Assembly: GCA_964518475.1 (NCBI GenBank)
Contig: CAZFGR010000018.1
Location: forward strand, 1-30,753
Source: an uncultured Nitrososphaerota archaeon
Lineage (GTDB): Archaea > Asgardarchaeota > Njordarchaeia > Njordarchaeales > Njordarchaeaceae
Length of the DNA stretch: 30,753 nt
Reading direction: 5' to 3'
The notes beneath the pieces are model-generated. The model saw only the letters and a program-made list of their open reading frames with translations, made no database searches and had not been told where the DNA came from. Position numbers and translations under genes: made by a program. The number at the start of each line of letters is the position of its first letter. The stretch's first letter is position 1. Positions 27,857 to 30,753 of this stretch are shown piece by piece.

Positions 27857-29008
27857 GTGAATGTCTTAATAATCGATCCTCGCACAGGTATAGGGGGCGA
27901 TATGCTTGCAGGAGCGTTAATTAGCTTAGGAGTAAATGTTTCTCGCGCGATACAAATATTGGAGGAATTTGGAGAGATCCATATTAAGCGACTTCCAGAA
28001 GGAATAAAAATTGAGACGGTACCGAAACTGGATCACTTAACAATGGATGAAGCTCTGGAAATAATAGAGAAGAGTTGTGAGAGATTAAACATAAAAGGAG
28101 TTTTTAGAGATTTCGCCTTGAAGGCAATCAAAATCTTATTCGAAGCGGAAGAGAATGCCCATAAGACATTTAACATAGGCACGCTAGCACATTTACACGA
28201 AGCATCGGATGTTATAATAGACACAATACTAGTTGCTTTTTCCCTCCAATACATAAATCCATCCGAGATTTATTGTCTTTACCCGGTATATTATGGAGGA
28301 GGAACAGTGAGATTTTCGCATGGAGTTTTCGAAGCTCCAGCTCCAGCCACTAGATACATTATAAGGAAATACAATATTCTAGTTGAAAAAGGCCCCGTGG
28401 CCACAGAATTATTAACGCCAACTGGTGCAGCTCTTCTAGCAGCTCTTGATCCATTGTATGTTCATCGTAAGGACTGCAGAAAGAACTTCGAGATCTGGGC
28501 TACAGGGAGAGGGCTTGGTACTAAGGAATTACCAATTCCTAATGTTCTCTCAGTATACCTGGCTAGGAAGAGAGAAGGTATATTCTTGGAGAAAATAGTT
28601 GAATTAGAAACGAATATTGATGATGTCTCACCTGAAATAATAGGAGATATCTTTAGGGATATTCCAGAAGCCTTGGATATTCATGTCATCCCAATAATCT
28701 GTAAAAAGAATAGACCAGGATACTTACTGAGAATATGGTGCTACGAAGAGGACGAAAAAACGATAGTCGAAAAGCTCTTCAAACTCATTGGAACGCTAGG
28801 AATTCGAAGATATGTTGTCGAAAGATATGTTAAGCCCCGATGGGTAAAGGTTAAGAAGATTAAAATAGGAGACAAAGAATTCAGGATACGCTTCAAGAAT
28901 TCAAAACCAGAACACGAAGACCTAGTTAAAATAGCTCATGAGACGGGTCTCTCAGTTCTAGAATTGGAAAGAATGATTCTTAGTGGTGATATTGAGGTAC
29001 TAGAGTAG
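27857..29008 (+). CDS. larC: Nickel pincer cofactor biosynthesis protein LarC
   Basis: GIGGDMLAGAL, HLHE, SHG..PAPAT, ELLTPTGAA, ETNIDD, KKNRPG, TLGIR, PEHED. Confidence 0.92.
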   Translation: MNVLIIDPRTGIGGDMLAGALISLGVNVSRAIQILEEFGEIHIKRLPEGIKIETVPKLDHLTMDEALEIIEKSCERLNIKGVFRDFALKAIKILFEAEENAHKTFNIGTLAHLHEASDVIIDTILVAFSLQYINPSEIYCLYPVYYGGGTVRFSHGVFEAPAPATRYIIRKYNILVEKGPVATELLTPTGAALLAALDPLYVHRKDCRKNFEIWATGRGLGTKELPIPNVLSVYLARKREGIFLEKIVELETNIDDVSPEIIGDIFRDIPEALDIHVIPIICKKNRPGYLLRIWCYEEDEKTIVEKLFKLIGTLGIRRYVVERYVKPRWVKVKKIKIGDKEFRIRFKNSKPEHEDLVKIAHETGLSVLELERMILSGDIEVLE

Positions 29009-29107
29009 TATCAAGTGATAGTAAATCGGGACTAAGACACTTAAGAACCCTTACTAGAAAACTAGAGACCTCGAATTTAAAATACGCCACACTAGATTTA
29101 CTGGTTA

Positions 29108-29902
29108 TTATGAGTCACTTTTCCGCGAAGAATTTCTCTGATAAATCTTTCTAATTATTAACGCCGCTAAATAGCCAGCTCCAAAACCATTGTCGATATT
29201 AACAACTGCGACACCAGGTACGCAGGAATTTAACGCTGATAACAACGCTGAAAGTCCACCAAAACTAGCTCCGTAACCCACACTAGTGGGAACAGCTATA
29301 ACTGGGGCATCTACTAACCCAGCCACAACCGAGAATAGAGCAGCATCCATACCTGCGCAAACAATTACTACATCACATTTTCTGATCTCTTCCAAGTGAT
29401 CAAATAATCTATGAACCCCAGCCACTCCTACATCATATACCCTAATAACATTTGCTCCAAAGAATTCAGCGGTAATAGCTGCTTCCTCAGCGACTCTAAT
29501 ATCGGCGGTGCCTCCTGTTACTACAGCTACGGAGCCCATCTTCTTAACTTCTCTTCCCTTTATAGTTATTACCCGAGCCTCCCGATAATATTTGACACCC
29601 TCTATATCTCTCAATGCATTATAGGTCTCCTCATTAGCCCTAGTTATCAAGATATTTCTCTCAAAATGGAGAAGCTCTAGCACTATCCTCCTAACTTGAT
29701 CAGGACTCTTTCCCTCCGCTAAGATGACCTCGGGTAATCCCTTCCTAAGGGATCTTCCAGTATCAATTTTTGCAAAAAACAGATCCCTGTAAAGCAATAG
29801 CTTTAACTCAGCAATAGCTTCATCAATACTAATCGCACCATCTTTAACCTTCTCCAAAATATCGCGTAGTTTCTCCATCTGATGAAACCCCAAAGAAACC
29901 AT
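29108..29902 (-). CDS. larB: Nickel pincer cofactor biosynthesis protein LarB
   Basis: RKGLPEVI..GK, GTAD..VAEEA, DVGVAGVHRL, AGMDAAL, PTSVGYG, LNSC, VVNIDNGFGA; likely start is the ATG of MEKLR. Confidence 0.95.
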   Translation of the reverse strand: MVSLGFHQMEKLRDILEKVKDGAISIDEAIAELKLLLYRDLFFAKIDTGRSLRKGLPEVILAEGKSPDQVRRIVLELLHFERNILITRANEETYNALRDIEGVKYYREARVITIKGREVKKMGSVAVVTGGTADIRVAEEAAITAEFFGANVIRVYDVGVAGVHRLFDHLEEIRKCDVVIVCAGMDAALFSVVAGLVDAPVIAVPTSVGYGASFGGLSALLSALNSCVPGVAVVNIDNGFGAGYLAALIIRKIYQRNSSRKSDS

Positions 29903-30039
29903 AGCATCTCTGGATAATTATAAATCGACGAAATCTCTACTAGAAGCCCTGTATTAAAACCTACTCTAAAATATTATAAAATTATTATAAAAAGAAACAG
30001 CAATGACCAAAAAAGAAAGGAGTATCGTTCTCGATTCTC

Positions 30040-30213
30040 ATGCGATATTAACTAGGGATATCTCTCCTAACGCATTATTGGGCTGTGGAGAGTGGTTATG
30101 GTGATCGTAGGGATCTTGATCATATTGAGGATGGTGGGCGGTTGGAGGGTGCTGATCCTAGCAAGGTGAGTGGTAAGGCTAAGAAGCGTGGCGCACCCCA
30201 GTTAATATCGTAT
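30040..30213. repeat. 18-bp imperfect inverted repeat pair enclosing the rtcB fragment
   Basis: ATGCGATATTAACTAGGG (30040-30057) and CCCCAGTTAATATCGTAT (30196-30213), 16/18 complementary. Confidence 0.85.
30076..30204 (+). pseudogene. rtcB: Isolated internal fragment of an rtcB coding sequence (43 codons)
   Basis: YWAVESGYGDRRDLDHIEDGGRLEGADPSKVSGKAKKRGAPQL matches the archaeal RtcB segment WAV..GYG...DL...E..G...GADP..VS..AK.RG..QL that precedes GSLGSGNH. Confidence 0.85.
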
Positions 30214-30258
30214 CCTATTCCTCCCGCGCTTCTTGTCAAAAATCACAAAATACCTAAA

Positions 30259-30362
30259 TGTTGCTTAACTAAGCAACAGTTTTAACCCCACAAAAATCAG
30301 GAGTTTTAAGGAATCATCAAACTCCCCCAATATAATGATAGATTCTTTTCTGTTGCTTAGTT
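30259..30362. repeat. Palindrome and 13-bp inverted repeat built from TGTTGCTTA
   Basis: TGTTGCTTA-AC-TAAGCAACA at 30259-30278; AACTAAGCAACAG (30267-30279) / CTGTTGCTTAGTT (30350-30362). Confidence 0.8.
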
Positions 30363-30407
30363 TTATATATCTATTCTGGTATATTCTACCTTCAGGAGTA
30401 GAATATA
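30361..30407 (+). promoter_or_regulatory. Putative rtcB TATA box with a downstream 10-bp inverted repeat (operator-like)
   Basis: TTTTATATA at 30361-30369; TATATTCTAC (30380-30389) N8 GTAGAATATA (30398-30407). Confidence 0.5.
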
Positions 30408-30440
30408 ATGTAGTTGAAAATGTATTTTTGGTGATTATTT

Positions 30441-30753
30441 ATGGCTGGCACTCCGATTGATTTTACCCGAGATCAGCTCTATAGAGTACTCAAAAAAATT
30501 AGGACAAATGTCTATGAGATTCCAGAGACGTTCCGTAACTACATGCATGTCCCAGTAAGAATCTACATGACAGAGAAGTTACTGAAGGAAACAGAAGACG
30601 GAGCGATCCAGCAAGCAATGAACGTAGCCTCGTTACCAGGAATAGTTAAATGGTCAATAATGCTACCAGATGCACACTGGGGCTACGGATTTTGCATAGG
30701 AGGAGTCGCAGCCTTCGACATCGAAGAAGGAATCATAAGCCCAGGAGGAATAG
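30441..30753 (+). CDS. rtcB: RNA-splicing ligase RtcB, 5' part (runs off the window end)
   Basis: Manual translation MAGTPIDF...MHVPVRIY...[11 protein letters not shown]...[28 protein letters not shown]; GGTGA RBS upstream; absent from the ORF track because there is no stop in the window. Confidence 0.95.
   Translation, partial: MAGTPIDFTRDQLYRVLKKIRTNVYEIPETFRNYMHVPVRIYMTEKLLKETEDGAIQQAMNVASLPGIVKWSIMLPDAHWGYGFCIGGVAAFDIEEGIISPGGI

Noticed and set aside
477-29680. Short ORFs nested in or antisense to assigned genes (e.g. 477-887, 2274-2633, 4881-5273, 17127-17480, 22383-22763, 25371-25757, 29411-29680)
   Set aside because: They overlap genes with clear family motifs and have S/F/I/L-rich antisense-type composition
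30085-30285. 66-aa ORF as an independent protein-coding gene
   Set aside because: The first 40 codons are an rtcB fragment whose homology begins upstream of the GTG; the remainder runs through palindromic non-coding-like sequence
1-30753. Provirus or integrated element
   Set aside because: No integrase, transposase, capsid or packaging gene recognised; content is mostly housekeeping

Overview
Gene-dense archaeal chromosomal region, probably from an anaerobic thermophile (inference from iorAB, nucS, a free-standing ThrRS editing domain, box C/D sRNAs and BRE/TATA promoters). It holds about 29 complete CDS plus the 5' end of rtcB. Most are housekeeping or metabolic: iorAB, aminotransferase, ferredoxin, nucS, rhomboid, HD dNTPase, AEP primase-like protein, ArsA/GET3 ATPase, MgtE, DUF89, flippase, larB and larC. 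No rRNA, tRNA, CRISPR array, transposase or integrase was recognised. Main points of interest: (1) a coupled pair of a short, Zn-less, PUA-less TGT/DpdA-like transglycosylase and a winged-helix + ArcS-core (DUF5591) fusion, a candidate cellular 7-deazaguanine/archaeosine DNA-modification module, with a second diverged DUF5591-like gene next to a methyltransferase about 9 kb away; (2) a 43-codon internal fragment of rtcB, bracketed by 18-bp inverted repeats, lying upstream of the rtcB start in a palindrome-rich intergenic region; (3) two box C/D guide sRNAs and a decayed GT4 glycosyltransferase remnant that the ORF track does not show. All family calls come from motif recognition by eye; no searches were run.
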